Part shown: piece after piece, positions 1-11,246 of the stretch | Numbering within the stretch: position 1 is the first letter of the stretch | Layout of the letters: each line of letters starts with the position of its first letter | DNA from: an uncultured Actinomycetota bacterium | Lineage (GTDB): Bacteria; Actinomycetota; Actinomycetes; JAFAQI01 | DNA: 64,000 nucleotides | Reading direction: 5' to 3' | Assembly (NCBI GenBank): GCA_963770565.1 | Contig: CAVYQE010000011.1 | Coordinates: 768,001 to 832,000 of the forward strand | The notes under the pieces: model-generated | The model's database searches: none | Told to the model about the DNA's origin: nothing | What the model saw: the letters and a program-made list of their open reading frames with translations, nothing else | Program-made: the position numbers and the translations under genes

Positions 1-2
1 TC

Positions 3-2309
3 GCCTTCGCCCTGCGCCGCCTGGACGGCATTCACCCCGCGCGGCTGCTCGCGACGGTCCGCGGCCACGACGTGCAGTTGCCGGTGGTATCGCAACTTTC
101 GCCTGATCGATCAACCGCGATCGCCGTCGGCCCGTTGAGCTTGGGGGCGCTTTTCGCCGTACTTCAGGCTCGCGGCGGTGTCCGGCTGGCTCGGCCGTTG
201 TTGTTGCGAGTACACGAGACCACCGGTGGCAACCCGCTTTATGCATTGGAACTGGCTCGGGCCTTGGACCGCCTCGAGATCAGCCCGAAAGCCGGCAGCC
301 CGCTTCCGGTGCCGGTCGGGCTCGACGCGTTGATTGACGCACGCGTCCGTGACGTCGGACCGGAGGTGGCCGAGCTGGTCGCCGCGACGGCGGCCAGCTG
401 GCGTTTGCACGCGATGGATGCGGACGCTGAAGCGATCGAGCTGGCGGTTGCGGCTGGAATGGTCATTGTTGACGAGCCGATCGTGGTCGGTGGCCCTCGA
501 GTGGTGCGGGCGGCTCATCCGCTGCTCAGTGCGTCGGCCTACAACAGCCTGACCGGCTCCCGCCGACGAGCGCTGCACGAGCGCCTCGCCAGCGTCACCA
601 GCGATCCGATCGAGCGCGTCCGACATGCGGCGCTCGCAGCAACCCAGCCCAGCGCCGACCTTGCCGACGAGTTGGATGAGTGCGTTACCGCCGTCCTTGC
701 AGCCGGCGTCCCTGAACTCGCGGCCGAACTTGCCCAGTTAGCCCTGGAACACACGACAGATGGTGCTCGGCGTGCGGTGCGTCTGGACCGACTCGCCGAT
801 GCGAGGTTCCGCGCCGGAGATAGCACGGGTGCCTGGCACGCACAGACAGAAGCAATGGAGGCAACCGAGGTGGGCGCTGCGCGGGCCCGTCGGCGGATCA
901 GGCTCGCGGAGATCGTCGTCGAGGTGGCCGGCTGGGACGACGCCGAGCGTGAGCTTCAGACGGCCGTTGCGGAGGCATCGGACGATCCGCTGGTCCTCGC
1001 TGAGGCACTGCTCACTCTTGCGGCGGCCACCGACGACATCGCTCTGGCCGAGGCTTCATCCCAGCGTGCCCTGGACCTGCTCGGGGCGCAGGAGGAGCCG
1101 GATCCGGTCATCCTCTCGGGCGCGCTCGACCAGGTCGCCGGCGCCCGCTTCCGGGCGGGTCGTGGACTCGATCACGACATGTTCGCCCGGGCGATCGCCA
1201 TCGAGCGCAGTCACCCCCACCGGCGGCTCTCCGACCGCGCGGACACCAGCTACGCAGTGCTGTTGAAGTACGCAGACGACTTGGACGGGTCGGAAGATCG
1301 GCTGTGCTCGCTACTCGAGGAAGCACGCGCGATCGGCGACCTGTCGTCGATCACCTACGCGCTCGGTCACCTCGTGCAGATCAGCCTGTGGCGTGGCCAC
1401 CTGGCACAGGGCCGCGCCTATGCCGAGGAGCACCTTGAGCTTTGCACCTATGGGGAACTCGGCGGCCAGGGGACCCAAGCCAGGTACAACCTCGGCCTGG
1501 TGATGGCGTGTGAGGGCGGTCTGGACGAGGCCGAGCGGGTGCTTTCCAGCCTGCTTGACGACCCGACGACGAGCACTTTGTTTCGAACTCGCGCTTATGC
1601 GACGCTGGGATTCGTCGCGCTCTCGCGCAACGACGCCGCCGGGGCGCTCCTCCTTACGGACCGCTGGCACGAAGGCCTCACCCGGATGCATTTCGGGGAA
1701 CCCGGCTACAGCCGCTCGCATCTCGATCATTTCTGCGCGTTGATCGGCGCCGGTCGGATTGCGGACGCGGAGGCATTCCACACCGAGCTGGACGGACAAG
1801 CTCGACGATCTGGCCGGATGTCCGCAGTGGCGGTCGCACTGACCGGACGGGCGTTGATTGACGCGCACTCGGGCCGACTGGACGACGCCCGGTCTTCGGT
1901 AGCGGCCGCACTGGACTGGTACGACGCCTCACCCCAACGTTTCGATCGTGCGCGCACCCTGCTCATCGCCGGCCAGATCAGCCGCCGCGCCAAGGCGAAG
2001 TCCGATGCGCGGGACCTCCTTACCGAGGCCGTGAAGGAGTTCACATCGTTCGGCGCGATCGCATGGCGAGAGCAGGCAACCGCTGAGTTGGCGCGGGTCA
2101 ACGTGCGGCCAAACGCGCCCTCCGATCTCACCGAGACAGAGCGGCTGGTCGCGCAGCTGGCGGCGGCCGGGCTGAGCAACCGAGACGTCGCTGACCGCAC
2201 CTTCCTCGCAGTCAAGACCGTCGAAGCCAACCTCGCGCGCGTCTATCGCAAGCTCGGGATCAGGTCCCGCGCGGAACTAGGTGCGCGGATGGGCGCTACG
2301 GGTCGATAA
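3..2309 (+). CDS. Large ATP-binding LuxR-family (MalT/LAL-like) regulator, 5'-truncated by window edge
   Basis: Frame is open to the window start (AFALRRL...). TGGNPLYALEL STAND motif, TPR-like helical middle, C-terminal LuxR HTH LTETERLVAQLAAAGLSNRDVADRTFLAVKTVEANLARVYRKLGIRSR. Confidence 0.9.
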   Translation, partial: AFALRRLDGIHPARLLATVRGHDVQLPVVSQLSPDRSTAIAVGPLSLGALFAVLQARGGVRLARPLLLRVHETTGGNPLYALELARALDRLEISPKAGSPLPVPVGLDALIDARVRDVGPEVAELVAATAASWRLHAMDADAEAIELAVAAGMVIVDEPIVVGGPRVVRAAHPLLSASAYNSLTGSRRRALHERLASVTSDPIERVRHAALAATQPSADLADELDECVTAVLAAGVPELAAELAQLALEHTTDGARRAVRLDRLADARFRAGDSTGAWHAQTEAMEATEVGAARARRRIRLAEIVVEVAGWDDAERELQTAVAEASDDPLVLAEALLTLAAATDDIALAEASSQRALDLLGAQEEPDPVILSGALDQVAGARFRAGRGLDHDMFARAIAIERSHPHRRLSDRADTSYAVLLKYADDLDGSEDRLCSLLEEARAIGDLSSITYALGHLVQISLWRGHLAQGRAYAEEHLELCTYGELGGQGTQARYNLGLVMACEGGLDEAERVLSSLLDDPTTSTLFRTRAYATLGFVALSRNDAAGALLLTDRWHEGLTRMHFGEPGYSRSHLDHFCALIGAGRIADAEAFHTELDGQARRSGRMSAVAVALTGRALIDAHSGRLDDARSSVAAALDWYDASPQRFDRARTLLIAGQISRRAKAKSDARDLLTEAVKEFTSFGAIAWREQATAELARVNVRPNAPSDLTETERLVAQLAAAGLSNRDVADRTFLAVKTVEANLARVYRKLGIRSRAELGARMGATGR

Positions 2310-2547
2310 CCGTGCGCTCGGCCGCGACCAATCGATCGCACGGCAGGCCGGCTCGACGGGCCAGCTCACGCACCGCCGCATCGTCGACCGCCGAGAATTC
2401 GAAGAACACCACCTCGTCCGCCAACATGAGGGTGCTCGCCAGGAACGTTGCATCGGCGCCGCTCAGCCGGACGAGCTGATCATCGACCACGCGGACGTCG
2501 GCAGGTGTCACCCCGGGCCAGTAACGCTCGATCAGAAAGCCCCTCAT
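2296..2547 (-). CDS. Small ferredoxin-like-fold protein (DUF4242-like), 83 aa
   Basis: ATG at 2547: MRGFLIERYWPG...EVVFFEFSAVDDAAVRELARRAGLPCDRLV. This pattern is typical of small proteins beside actinobacterial LuxR-ATPase genes. Confidence 0.6.
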   Translation of the reverse strand: MRGFLIERYWPGVTPADVRVVDDQLVRLSGADATFLASTLMLADEVVFFEFSAVDDAAVRELARRAGLPCDRLVAAERTVIDP

Positions 2548-2683
2548 GCGCCGAACGTAGAGCGCGATCGAGCCTCGACGCCAGACCGGCCACCCAGATC
2601 GAGGGTTTCCACGGATTCCCCACGAGCATTGCGCGCCTAACGTCAACGACGTCCAGCCTTGCCAGTCCGACGGGAGATTCTTC

Positions 2684-3232
2684 ATGCGCCGTCCCACTAC
2701 TTCACGACGACTGGCCGCACACGTCGCGATCGTCGGCCTCACGGCGTTGACCCTGAGCTCCTGCAGCGGCTCGTCGCATCCAGCCGGTTCATCAGGTGGT
2801 GCGGCAGGTTCGACTTCCGCAACGACTAGTGGAGCGTCGGCCACGGAGGCGAGCAGCTGCACCCTGGTCACGGCAGCAGAGCTGACTCAGGCAGTTGGCG
2901 TCCGCTATACGGCCGTTCAAGGTTCCGATGGATCGTTCTGTAACGTGACCGGCGCCAATGTGACGGACTCCTTCTTCTTCATTATCGACAAGGAAGGTGC
3001 GCCGCCGAACACGTGGGACGCCCAGGTCGCGATTGTCAAGCGCGACGACGGCTCGGATACCAGCGTCTCAGGCATCGGTGACCGTGCTGTCCAGGGCGCG
3101 GTGAAGGAGTTTGCCGTCGAGGCGAAGGGCTACATCGTGCTCGTGACCAACGCTGACTTCAACAACCCCGCGACCGCCAGCACCTTCGCGCGAAGCAAGA
3201 CGATTTCGCAGCTCCTGATCAGCAAACTCTGA
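2684..3232 (+). CDS. Lipoprotein (DUF3558-like)
   Basis: Lipobox LSSC, S/G/T linker, CTLVTAAEL and VSGIGDRA segments. Confidence 0.7.
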   Translation: MRRPTTSRRLAAHVAIVGLTALTLSSCSGSSHPAGSSGGAAGSTSATTSGASATEASSCTLVTAAELTQAVGVRYTAVQGSDGSFCNVTGANVTDSFFFIIDKEGAPPNTWDAQVAIVKRDDGSDTSVSGIGDRAVQGAVKEFAVEAKGYIVLVTNADFNNPATASTFARSKTISQLLISKL

Positions 3233-3299
3233 CCCCGCCGCCGTCGTTTCCAACCATGGATTCACTCCGCTGCAAGACCCGCACCGCTGGAGGTACGTC

Positions 3300-4814
3300 G
3301 TGCCCTCGTCCCGTTCACGCTTGTTCGGCCTGGTTCGCCGCGGTTTGGTTGCCGGAGTTGCGATTGGGGTGACGATGGCTGGCGGTTTGGCGCTTGCCGT
3401 ACCGGCGAGGTCGGCGCCGGCGCGCGCGGTGGCTGCCGCCGCCGCGCGACCGGGTCCGGTCGGTGCTGCGTTCCCGATCTTGAGCGGTGTGTCGTTGACC
3501 GGCCAGGCCGGCGACATCGCAATGGGCGCCGATGGTACGGCGTACCTCGGGTGGATCTCGGCGAACATCTCCAACAGCAATCTGCGGACGGTGCACTTGT
3601 GTGTTCTGCCGCTCGGCGCGCGGGCCTGCAAGGGCGGGGTCCAGACGATCGACGCGGGCGATCCGTCCACTGCTGCGGACATGTTCGTGCTGGCCCCGCC
3701 AGGCGGCAAGATCACCCTCGTCTGGTATCACGACACTGCGAGCTCGGGTACCGACCCGCACGCGGCACAGATTGCCGAGGCGACCGTCACGAACGGCGTG
3801 CTCTCCTCGGAGACCGATGTGGCAGCCGGCCCGAGTCACGGCCAGCTCCTCGATGCGGTGGTCGGGCCTGGGAGCACGATCTGGACCCTCGCCTACGCGG
3901 GTGGGACCAGCCTGGAGCTGCGCGCGGGCGTCACGAGCAGCCCGGTCCAGGTGAAGATCCCGTTCGAGACCACGTATGCGCACTTGGCGTTTGCGCACAC
4001 CACTCCCATCCTCGCGATCACCGACGGCTCCGAGATCACGCAGCCGCCGTCCTACTCCTACCGACCTGGCAGCACCTGGAAGGCGTTCCGAAAGGTGCCC
4101 GGCGGCGCGTGGCAGCAGGGGATCGACTTCGGTCTGACCGCAACGTCACGCGGCGTCCGGCTGATCACCGGCGACGGCAAGACCAACTACTACACCTCGG
4201 TCGTCTCGCGGTGGAGCGGGACCGCGTTTTCGCCGGTTCGATCGACCGGCGACACCACCGAGGTGACGACTCACGACGACATCACCGATCGCAGCGGTCG
4301 GCTGGTCAACCTCTCCCAAGAGGGCAGCGACTTCGCAGTCGGCAACCTTGCCGACACCCTGCACGCGGCGACCTTCCGCTTCCCGGTGCACGGCACGACC
4401 GCCGGCTTCGCCGCGCAGGTCGCGACCACGCCACGTGGCCACGGCGTGGTGATGTGGGGCGTCCAAAAGGGCACCAACGGCGACACGATCTTGGTGCAGC
4501 CGTTCCGGCTCGCGGGGTTGCACAAGTCGGTGACGAAGCGCGGCAGTCACGGCAATGTGACGCTCGTCGGTCCGGCGTCGTGCCTGCCGGCGTCGAGCCT
4601 GTCGGTCGCGGTGAAGGGCCACGGCAAGTCCGGGTGGAAGGTCGCCAGCCACAAACTGACCTTGGACGGCAGGAAGGTCGGCTCGTCGATCAACGGTGCT
4701 TCGCTGCGGGCCGGTGCGAGCTACACGTTGAAGGGGACGGTCGTGTTTGCCCACGGCTCCTCCCACTCGACCGTGGTAGCCGCGCTGACCTTCCGCACCT
4801 GCCCCAACCCCTGA
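3300..4814 (+). CDS. Secreted beta-rich protein
   Basis: GGAGG RBS upstream, basic plus hydrophobic signal peptide, beta-propeller-like composition, basic C-terminal domain. Confidence 0.7.
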   Translation: MPSSRSRLFGLVRRGLVAGVAIGVTMAGGLALAVPARSAPARAVAAAAARPGPVGAAFPILSGVSLTGQAGDIAMGADGTAYLGWISANISNSNLRTVHLCVLPLGARACKGGVQTIDAGDPSTAADMFVLAPPGGKITLVWYHDTASSGTDPHAAQIAEATVTNGVLSSETDVAAGPSHGQLLDAVVGPGSTIWTLAYAGGTSLELRAGVTSSPVQVKIPFETTYAHLAFAHTTPILAITDGSEITQPPSYSYRPGSTWKAFRKVPGGAWQQGIDFGLTATSRGVRLITGDGKTNYYTSVVSRWSGTAFSPVRSTGDTTEVTTHDDITDRSGRLVNLSQEGSDFAVGNLADTLHAATFRFPVHGTTAGFAAQVATTPRGHGVVMWGVQKGTNGDTILVQPFRLAGLHKSVTKRGSHGNVTLVGPASCLPASSLSVAVKGHGKSGWKVASHKLTLDGRKVGSSINGASLRAGASYTLKGTVVFAHGSSHSTVVAALTFRTCPNP

Positions 4815-4860
4815 CGCCCGAAGCCTGACTCGAGACTCGATCACGGCGGGAGGTCAACGG

Positions 4861-6822
4861 ATGCGCCGGATCGCTGCGAGCATCCTCAGCCTGATGCTTT
4901 GTGCATCCGCCTGTGCTCATGGCGGCGACACCGCGGGCCGTCCGCGCGTCTCGCCGGCGGTCGGCCAGGCGGCGGGCAGCTCCACCCTGAACTTGGTGAC
5001 GGTGCTGGCCAACGCTGGAGTCGCTACGGTCGCCAACGCTTCCGCAACAACGCCTGAGGTGCCCGTCACCGGAACCCGGGTGTTCACCTTGACGACGTGG
5101 CAGGTCGCAAATCTCACCGTCGAGCTCACGGCCAAGAACGGCATCAGCGCCAGCGACCTGAATGCGATGCTGCCGAGCCCGCCCCACGATCCGACGTTCG
5201 CTGACATCATCGGTGGCTGGGTCATCGCGAAGAACGATCCGGATGCGGTTGAAGCCGGGCGGCTGCTCGGACCTCAGGACTGGGCGCAACCAGCTGGTGT
5301 CGTGGTCCCCACGGCAGTCACGACGTTGTTCATGGCCGATCTGCTGCAACACATCACTCTCACGGCGAGTCCGTCACCGACGGGATCCGTGAGCGGTGCG
5401 CTCTATCGCGGGCCGTCGACTGCGACGGTCGAGTCCGCCGCCGTGCCCGACGGGATCGTCGAGGCGCCTTGCACGACTGTCGCCAGGTTCGTGAACAACG
5501 TGCTCGACCAGGTCTTCAGTCTCCTCAAGCTCGATCCCGCCGGCGTCGCCCGATTCGTGAACGGCGCGGCGGGTGGCGGAACGTTCGGTGCGATCGCCGG
5601 GGGTGTGGCTGGCTTCCTCGCAGGCTTCTGGAACCACGTGGTCGACCTCGCTGAACAGTCGGTGCAGTCCCTGATCCAGGCGGTCGAACAACCGGTCCTG
5701 AACGCGATGTCGATCGCGATCGGGGCGGTCGCAGTCTTCACGATGATCAGGTCCTACCTCAAACCCTGGACCACCACCGTGACGCCAGACCCGGCGTCGA
5801 ACAGCTTTCCGCTCGCGCCGTTGCGCAACCCCGGCACCTTCACAGTGACGATCAACCGCAACGCCGAGGTCGAGGATTGGCCGTCCCAGCTGGTCGACTG
5901 TGCAGCCGCTGCAAACGTCGCCCTCCCGACCCTGGCCAAGGAGGGCGCCCCGGTGATCTGGGACGTCCGAGGCCAAGAACCCGGACTAGTGACCACCGGC
6001 GGGACTCGGGGCGTACTGAACAAGCAGTTCACCCAGACTTTGAACTACATGACCGGAAACGAGACACCGCGCGACCGTCAGCACGCCGTTGTGGTCACCC
6101 CGACCGTCAGGGCCACTGTCAGCGTCCGCCGCACCGAAGTTGAGGAACTCAGGAATCTCGTGACGAGCTTCCTGACCGGCAAGGTACCCAAGTTGGTCGC
6201 TCCGTTCGTCAACCCTGTTCTCACGAGCTACATCGAGCTCGCCACCGAGTATCTCGACCGGCTTACCGCGGTCACCGGATACGCGACGATCGTCGTGAGC
6301 CACCACGCCCCGAAACCACCACCGCCCTGCACGCCCGGCGCAGGCATCGTGCAAGCGGGGCACTACGCCGCCTCGATCAGGGCCAGCCTTCGATCCCACC
6401 TTCACGTCTCCAGCGGGATTCCAGTCTCCGGAACGGGCACCCTCACCATGACCGGTGAGATCGACCTCACCTCCGACGGCACGACCGTGACGGGCACCCT
6501 GACCCTGGCGGGCGGCGGAGGTTCCGGCCTCGGACTGCATGGCGTACAAGTCGGCACCAACAGCTCCAGCGGCACCCTCAAAGGCACGATTACCGGAACC
6601 GCGGCACACCCCGAGGTCAGCGGCACCCTCAGCGGCATCGACCAAGTCGCCGGACACACCGCCGCCACGTTTCATGTCCCGCTGCCCCTCAGCCGCGCCG
6701 ACTGCACGTCGATCACTGGCAACGTCACCGACCTGTTCACCGAGGTCCTCGCGGCCTATCACCTCACGAACAACCTCACACTCACCGGCACCGGAATCTG
6801 GACCGCCTCCCGCACCGGGTGA
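4861..6822 (+). CDS. Secreted/lipoprotein of unknown function
   Basis: GGGAGG RBS, signal peptide with ASAC lipobox-like motif, Pro-rich hinge PKPPPPC, Thr/Gly-rich C-terminal domain. Confidence 0.7.
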   Translation: MRRIAASILSLMLCASACAHGGDTAGRPRVSPAVGQAAGSSTLNLVTVLANAGVATVANASATTPEVPVTGTRVFTLTTWQVANLTVELTAKNGISASDLNAMLPSPPHDPTFADIIGGWVIAKNDPDAVEAGRLLGPQDWAQPAGVVVPTAVTTLFMADLLQHITLTASPSPTGSVSGALYRGPSTATVESAAVPDGIVEAPCTTVARFVNNVLDQVFSLLKLDPAGVARFVNGAAGGGTFGAIAGGVAGFLAGFWNHVVDLAEQSVQSLIQAVEQPVLNAMSIAIGAVAVFTMIRSYLKPWTTTVTPDPASNSFPLAPLRNPGTFTVTINRNAEVEDWPSQLVDCAAAANVALPTLAKEGAPVIWDVRGQEPGLVTTGGTRGVLNKQFTQTLNYMTGNETPRDRQHAVVVTPTVRATVSVRRTEVEELRNLVTSFLTGKVPKLVAPFVNPVLTSYIELATEYLDRLTAVTGYATIVVSHHAPKPPPPCTPGAGIVQAGHYAASIRASLRSHLHVSSGIPVSGTGTLTMTGEIDLTSDGTTVTGTLTLAGGGGSGLGLHGVQVGTNSSSGTLKGTITGTAAHPEVSGTLSGIDQVAGHTAATFHVPLPLSRADCTSITGNVTDLFTEVLAAYHLTNNLTLTGTGIWTASRTG

Positions 6823-7073
6823 CCTGTCCTCACCGCGCGCGATTGTGGATCTGATGTGACGCGGGCAGCTCAGCTCGCCTACGGGCCGACAACCGTGACG
6901 CCGGCTCGAAGTGCCGGATCTTGCGGGTAGCAAGGATGGCACGTCGTGCGAGCGCGATCCGTGGCCATGTCTAGGTGAGGGCAATCCAGTAGCCCGTTCT
7001 GAGCGTCCGATCGGCTGGGGTCTGCGGTCGGGCAGCCTCGAAGACGCCTGCCACTTGCCGGTAACCGCCATAG

Positions 7074-7257
7074 CGCTTCCGCAGGCCAGGGGGACCGGCA
7101 GCTCAGAAGACCGCGAAATCGGATTGTCGAAATTCAAACGGATCGCCGGCTGTAGCACCTCCCACCTGCGGCTTTGCGCGGCCGGATGATCCTCGGCTGC
7201 TCACTGGTCGCTCGGAGTGGGCCGAACGACCGTGACCGACCGGCATCCACCGGAAGC
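7074..7257 (+). repeat. att-like junction A (most degenerate copy)
   Basis: TTCCGCAGGCCAG; degenerate core GGATTGTCGAAA (7121-7132); arm pair GGCTGCTC/GGTCGCTC at 7195 and 7206. Aligns by eye with 35521-35720. Confidence 0.65.
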
Positions 7258-7352
7258 GCGGTCGGGGCCGACGGACTTGGCCGTGCCTCCCGCGAGCGAC
7301 CGTCAGCACGCTCAGCGATCCTGCGTTGTTTGACACGCCGCTTACAGGGGAG

Positions 7353-7392
7353 TTGACTGCCGCCGGATAATAGTTCGAATCATGTACAAAGA
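7353..7392 (+). promoter_or_regulatory. xylA promoter and probable ROK-XylR operator
   Basis: TTGACT -35 at 7353; imperfect palindrome TAGTTCGAATCATGTACAAA resembling ROK XylR sites, directly upstream of xylA. Confidence 0.5.
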
Positions 7393-7403
7393 GTGGGGCG
7401 CTC

Positions 7404-8564
7404 ATGACGTCGACGTACCAATCCGCTCCTGAAGACAGGTTCAGCTTCGGGCTGTGGACGGTCGGTTGGCAGGGGGTCGACGTCTTCGGCCCTGCAACAC
7501 GTCCGGCGATGGATCCGGCTTATGCGGTGCACCGGCTCGCCGAGCTCGGAGCCTGGGGCGTCTCATTCCACGACAACGACGTCTTCGCGTTCGACGCCGA
7601 CGAGGACACCCGCGGCAAGGCGCTCGCCAGCCTCCGCAAGGCGCTTGAAGACACCGGCCTGGTCGTTCCGATGATTACCACCAACCTCTTCAGCCATCCG
7701 GTCTTCAAGGATGGCGGCTTCACCAGCAACGACCGCCGAGTACGCCGCTTCGCCCTCGCCAAGGCGGCGCGCAATATCGATCTCGCCGTGGAGCTCGGCG
7801 CCTCGACCTTCGTGATGTGGGGCGGTCGAGAGGGCGCCGAGAGTGCGTTCGCTAAGGACATCAAGGCGGCCCTGGACCGCTATCGCGAGGGCGTCAACCT
7901 GCTGTGCAAGTACGTCCGCGAGCAAGGCTACGACCTGCGCTTTGCCATCGAGCCGAAGCCCAACGAGCCGCGCGGCGACATTTTGCTCCCGACGATCGGG
8001 CACGCGATCGCCTTCATCGACTCCCTCGCCCACCCGGAGATGGTCGGGGTCAACCCTGAGGTGGGTCACGAAGAGATGGCCGGCCTCAACTTCGCGGCCG
8101 GCGTCGCCCAGGCGCTGTGGCACGGCAAGTTGTTCCACATCGACCTCAACGGTCAACACGGCCCGCGCTTCGACCAGGATCTTCGATTCGGCGCCGGCAA
8201 CTTGCGGGGCGCATTTGCTCTCGTCGACCTCCTCGAGTCCAGTGGATACCAGGGGCCCCGCCACTTCGACTTCAAACCTTCACGCACCGAGGACGAGGTG
8301 GGTGTCTGGGCCGCCGCTGCGGCCTGCATGCGCAACTACCGAGTCCTCCGCGAGCGCTCGAAGTCCTTCCGTGCAGACCCGGACGTTCAGGCCGCCTTAC
8401 AGCGCTCCGGCCTGGTCGAGCTCGCCACACCGACTCTCGCCGAAGGCGAAACGCTGGCGACTCTTCGCGCCGAAAGCCACCCAATCGAGGAGATGGCAGC
8501 GCACGGCTTCGCGTTCGAGCAACTCGATCAGCTAGCCATGGACCACCTGTTGGGGCTGCGCTGA
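7404..8564 (+). CDS. xylA: Xylose isomerase (class I, actinobacterial)
   Basis: [46 protein letters not shown] motifs. Confidence 0.97.
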   Translation: MTSTYQSAPEDRFSFGLWTVGWQGVDVFGPATRPAMDPAYAVHRLAELGAWGVSFHDNDVFAFDADEDTRGKALASLRKALEDTGLVVPMITTNLFSHPVFKDGGFTSNDRRVRRFALAKAARNIDLAVELGASTFVMWGGREGAESAFAKDIKAALDRYREGVNLLCKYVREQGYDLRFAIEPKPNEPRGDILLPTIGHAIAFIDSLAHPEMVGVNPEVGHEEMAGLNFAAGVAQALWHGKLFHIDLNGQHGPRFDQDLRFGAGNLRGAFALVDLLESSGYQGPRHFDFKPSRTEDEVGVWAAAAACMRNYRVLRERSKSFRADPDVQAALQRSGLVELATPTLAEGETLATLRAESHPIEEMAAHGFAFEQLDQLAMDHLLGLR

Positions 8565-8574
8565 GGCCCTGAGG

Positions 8575-9975
8575 ATGCCATTAGTGGCAGGTGTCGACTC
8601 CTCGACGCAATCCTGCAAGGTTGTCGTCCGTGATGCCGAGACAGGTCGACTTATCCGCCAGGGCGCTGCCCCGCATCCCGATGGCACCGAGATCGATCCC
8701 GAGCACTGGTGGACCGCACTCCAGAGCGCAGTCGCACAGGCCGGCGGGCTCGATGACGTCGCGGCCATTTCCGTCGGCGGCCAACAACACGGCATGGTCT
8801 GTCTTGACGAGACTGGACGGGTGGTACGCCCGGCGCTGCTGTGGAACGACACTCGCTCGGCGAGTGCCGCCGCCGACCTGACAGCGGAGCTGGGCGCCGG
8901 CGAGTGGGCGCGGGCAGTGGGTTCGGTGCCGGTCGCCTCCTTCACGATTACCAAACTGCGCTGGCTGGCCGAAAATGAGCCAGCCAACGCTGCGTCGGTG
9001 GCGGCGATCGCCCTCCCGCATGACTGGCTCACCTGGCGTCTGGCCGACCACGGCACGGATGGCAGCCTCGACACCCTTGTCACCGACCGGTCGGATGCCT
9101 CCGGAACGGGTTACTGGTCTCCGGCAACCGGTGCCTACCGCGTCGACCTGCTCGAGCGCGCACTGGGGCGCGCCGACGTGTTGTTGCCCAGAGTCCTAGG
9201 CCCCGCCGATGCCGCGGGCCGAACCCCGTCGGGAGCCCAACTCGGCCCCGGCTGCGGTGACAATGCCGGCGCTGCGCTCGGGCTGGCTTCCGCACCCGGC
9301 GACGTGATCCTCTCCATCGGCACCTCGGGAGTCGCCTGCGCCGTCACCACCGAGCCGACCGCCGATGCCACCGGGACGGTTGCCGGGTTCGCTGACGCCA
9401 CCGGAAATTTCCTGCCGCTTGTCGCCACCCTCAACGCCGCCCGCGTGCTCGCAGCGGTGGCCTCGCTCTTGGGTGTGACCATGGACGAGTTCTCCCGCCT
9501 GGCGTTGACGGCGCCCGGCGGTTCGGGCGCACTGGTACTCGTGCCCTATCTCGAAGGCGAGCGGACGCCGAACCGTCCCGGAGCCAAGGGAGCTCTGCAC
9601 GGGCTCACGCTGCACACCGCGGATCCTGCGTATCTCGCCCGCGCCGCCGTGGAAGGTCTCCTGTGCGGGCTGGCCGACGCACTCGATGCGTTGGTCGGCC
9701 AGGGCGTCGAGATCGAGCGCGTCGTGCTTATTGGCGGCGGTGCGCGCTCGACGGCCGTTCGCCGGATCGCGCCGGCGGTGTTGGGTCGGCCGGTCGTCGT
9801 ACCGGCTCCGGGGGAGTACGTCGCCGACGGAGCCGCTCGACAGGCGGCCTGGGTCGTAGCCGGGGCTGCCGAACCACCGGCATGGAAGCGCGTCGGAGAC
9901 GAGACCTACGACGCTCCCGCGGAGCCATCGGTGCGAGAACGGTACGCCGAGGTCCGTGACCTGACTGAGAGGTGA
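8575..9975 (+). CDS. xylB: Xylulokinase (FGGY)
   Basis: [42 protein letters not shown]; follows xylA. Confidence 0.95.
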   Translation: MPLVAGVDSSTQSCKVVVRDAETGRLIRQGAAPHPDGTEIDPEHWWTALQSAVAQAGGLDDVAAISVGGQQHGMVCLDETGRVVRPALLWNDTRSASAAADLTAELGAGEWARAVGSVPVASFTITKLRWLAENEPANAASVAAIALPHDWLTWRLADHGTDGSLDTLVTDRSDASGTGYWSPATGAYRVDLLERALGRADVLLPRVLGPADAAGRTPSGAQLGPGCGDNAGAALGLASAPGDVILSIGTSGVACAVTTEPTADATGTVAGFADATGNFLPLVATLNAARVLAAVASLLGVTMDEFSRLALTAPGGSGALVLVPYLEGERTPNRPGAKGALHGLTLHTADPAYLARAAVEGLLCGLADALDALVGQGVEIERVVLIGGGARSTAVRRIAPAVLGRPVVVPAPGEYVADGAARQAAWVVAGAAEPPAWKRVGDETYDAPAEPSVRERYAEVRDLTER

Positions 9976-10033
9976 GGGAAGGGTCGATCAGCCGAACCTT
10001 GGCGCCGACGTGTCGGGAGCTGCAGCCGGCGCT

Positions 10034-11239
10034 TCAGGTCGCCGCAGCTAGGAGCGCGCAACTCGGATCGTCGAGGAGCGCAGTGAACGCCAGTTCGGCA
10101 GCGCCGATCAGCGCGGAGTCCTGACCGAGCTTGCTCGGCACGAGGGCGACATCCGATCGAGGAAGGAATAGGGCCTGACCTTCCAGGACCGCCTCGACCT
10201 TCTCCCCCAGGCCGCCCCAGAGCTGCGACATGGTGCCCCCTATCACGATGACCTGCGGATTGAACAGGTTGATGATCGTGCGAAGCCCAACACCGATCGA
10301 CTCCGTTACCTCGTCGACGGCGGCCATGGCACGATCGTCGCCCCCGGTAGCGGCAGTGATCACCTCTGCGACCGCCGCGGGGCCACCGCCCACTCGCCTG
10401 CCGGCGAGCGCGAGCAGCCGGTTCTCGCCGACGTAGAGCTCCCAGCATCCGCTGGACCCGCACCGGCATTGCGGCCCCGACGGGTCGATCTGGATATGCC
10501 CGACCTCACCGGCATACCCAGCGGCTCCCTCAAGCAGCTTGCCGTCGACCAGAAAGCCGCCGCCGATACCAATGTTCGCGGCCAGATAGACCGCGTGGTC
10601 GTAACCCACCGCGGCACCCCGCAGGTGCTCTGCCACCATTCCGAGGTTGGCATCGTTCCCAGTCCGAACCGGGCGGCCGAGACGCCGCGATATGAGGTCG
10701 GTAAACGGCTCGCCGTGCCAGTCAAGGTTCGGTGCGGAATGCACCATCCCGTCACTGCTCCGCACGGCGGCGGGTACTGAAGCAGCCACCGCCAGGAAAC
10801 GACCCGGCGGGGCTACGTTGAGTATCTCCTCGGCCATCGTTGCTGCCGTCTCCACGACATGCTGCACGTCATGCTTGCCCCGTCGATGCGGGCGGACCCG
10901 TCGCTCGAGCACCGTCCCACCGAGTCCGACCAGAGCGACCTGGAGACGGTCGACCCCGACGTCGATCGCGATGACGTAGTTCTCCGAGCGCGGCAAGACC
11001 AGATGGGACGGCCGGCCGCTTCGGACATGGCGATCCTCGGCCGATGGTGGCCGCTCGTCGACGAGGCCGAGCTCGACCAGGTCTGAGGTCAGGCCGCCGA
11101 TCGTGCTGCGGCTGAGCCCGAGGCTCCTGGTCAGTTCGGCCCGACTGATCGGGCCGCGAGCGTGCACCTCGTGCAGCATCGCTCGAAGGTTCGTCCGACG
11201 CAGCTCTTCGATCCCCGACACCGTGGCCAATCGGGCCAT
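10034..11239 (-). CDS. xylR: ROK-family transcriptional repressor (XylR-like)
   Basis: N-terminal HTH SRAELTRSLGLSRSTI, GRP, NDAN, GEVGH, CRCGSSGCWE zinc motif. Start placed at ATG 11239. Confidence 0.88.
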   Translation of the reverse strand: MARLATVSGIEELRRTNLRAMLHEVHARGPISRAELTRSLGLSRSTIGGLTSDLVELGLVDERPPSAEDRHVRSGRPSHLVLPRSENYVIAIDVGVDRLQVALVGLGGTVLERRVRPHRRGKHDVQHVVETAATMAEEILNVAPPGRFLAVAASVPAAVRSSDGMVHSAPNLDWHGEPFTDLISRRLGRPVRTGNDANLGMVAEHLRGAAVGYDHAVYLAANIGIGGGFLVDGKLLEGAAGYAGEVGHIQIDPSGPQCRCGSSGCWELYVGENRLLALAGRRVGGGPAAVAEVITAATGGDDRAMAAVDEVTESIGVGLRTIINLFNPQVIVIGGTMSQLWGGLGEKVEAVLEGQALFLPRSDVALVPSKLGQDSALIGAAELAFTALLDDPSCALLAAAT

Positions 11240-11246
11240 GATGATC

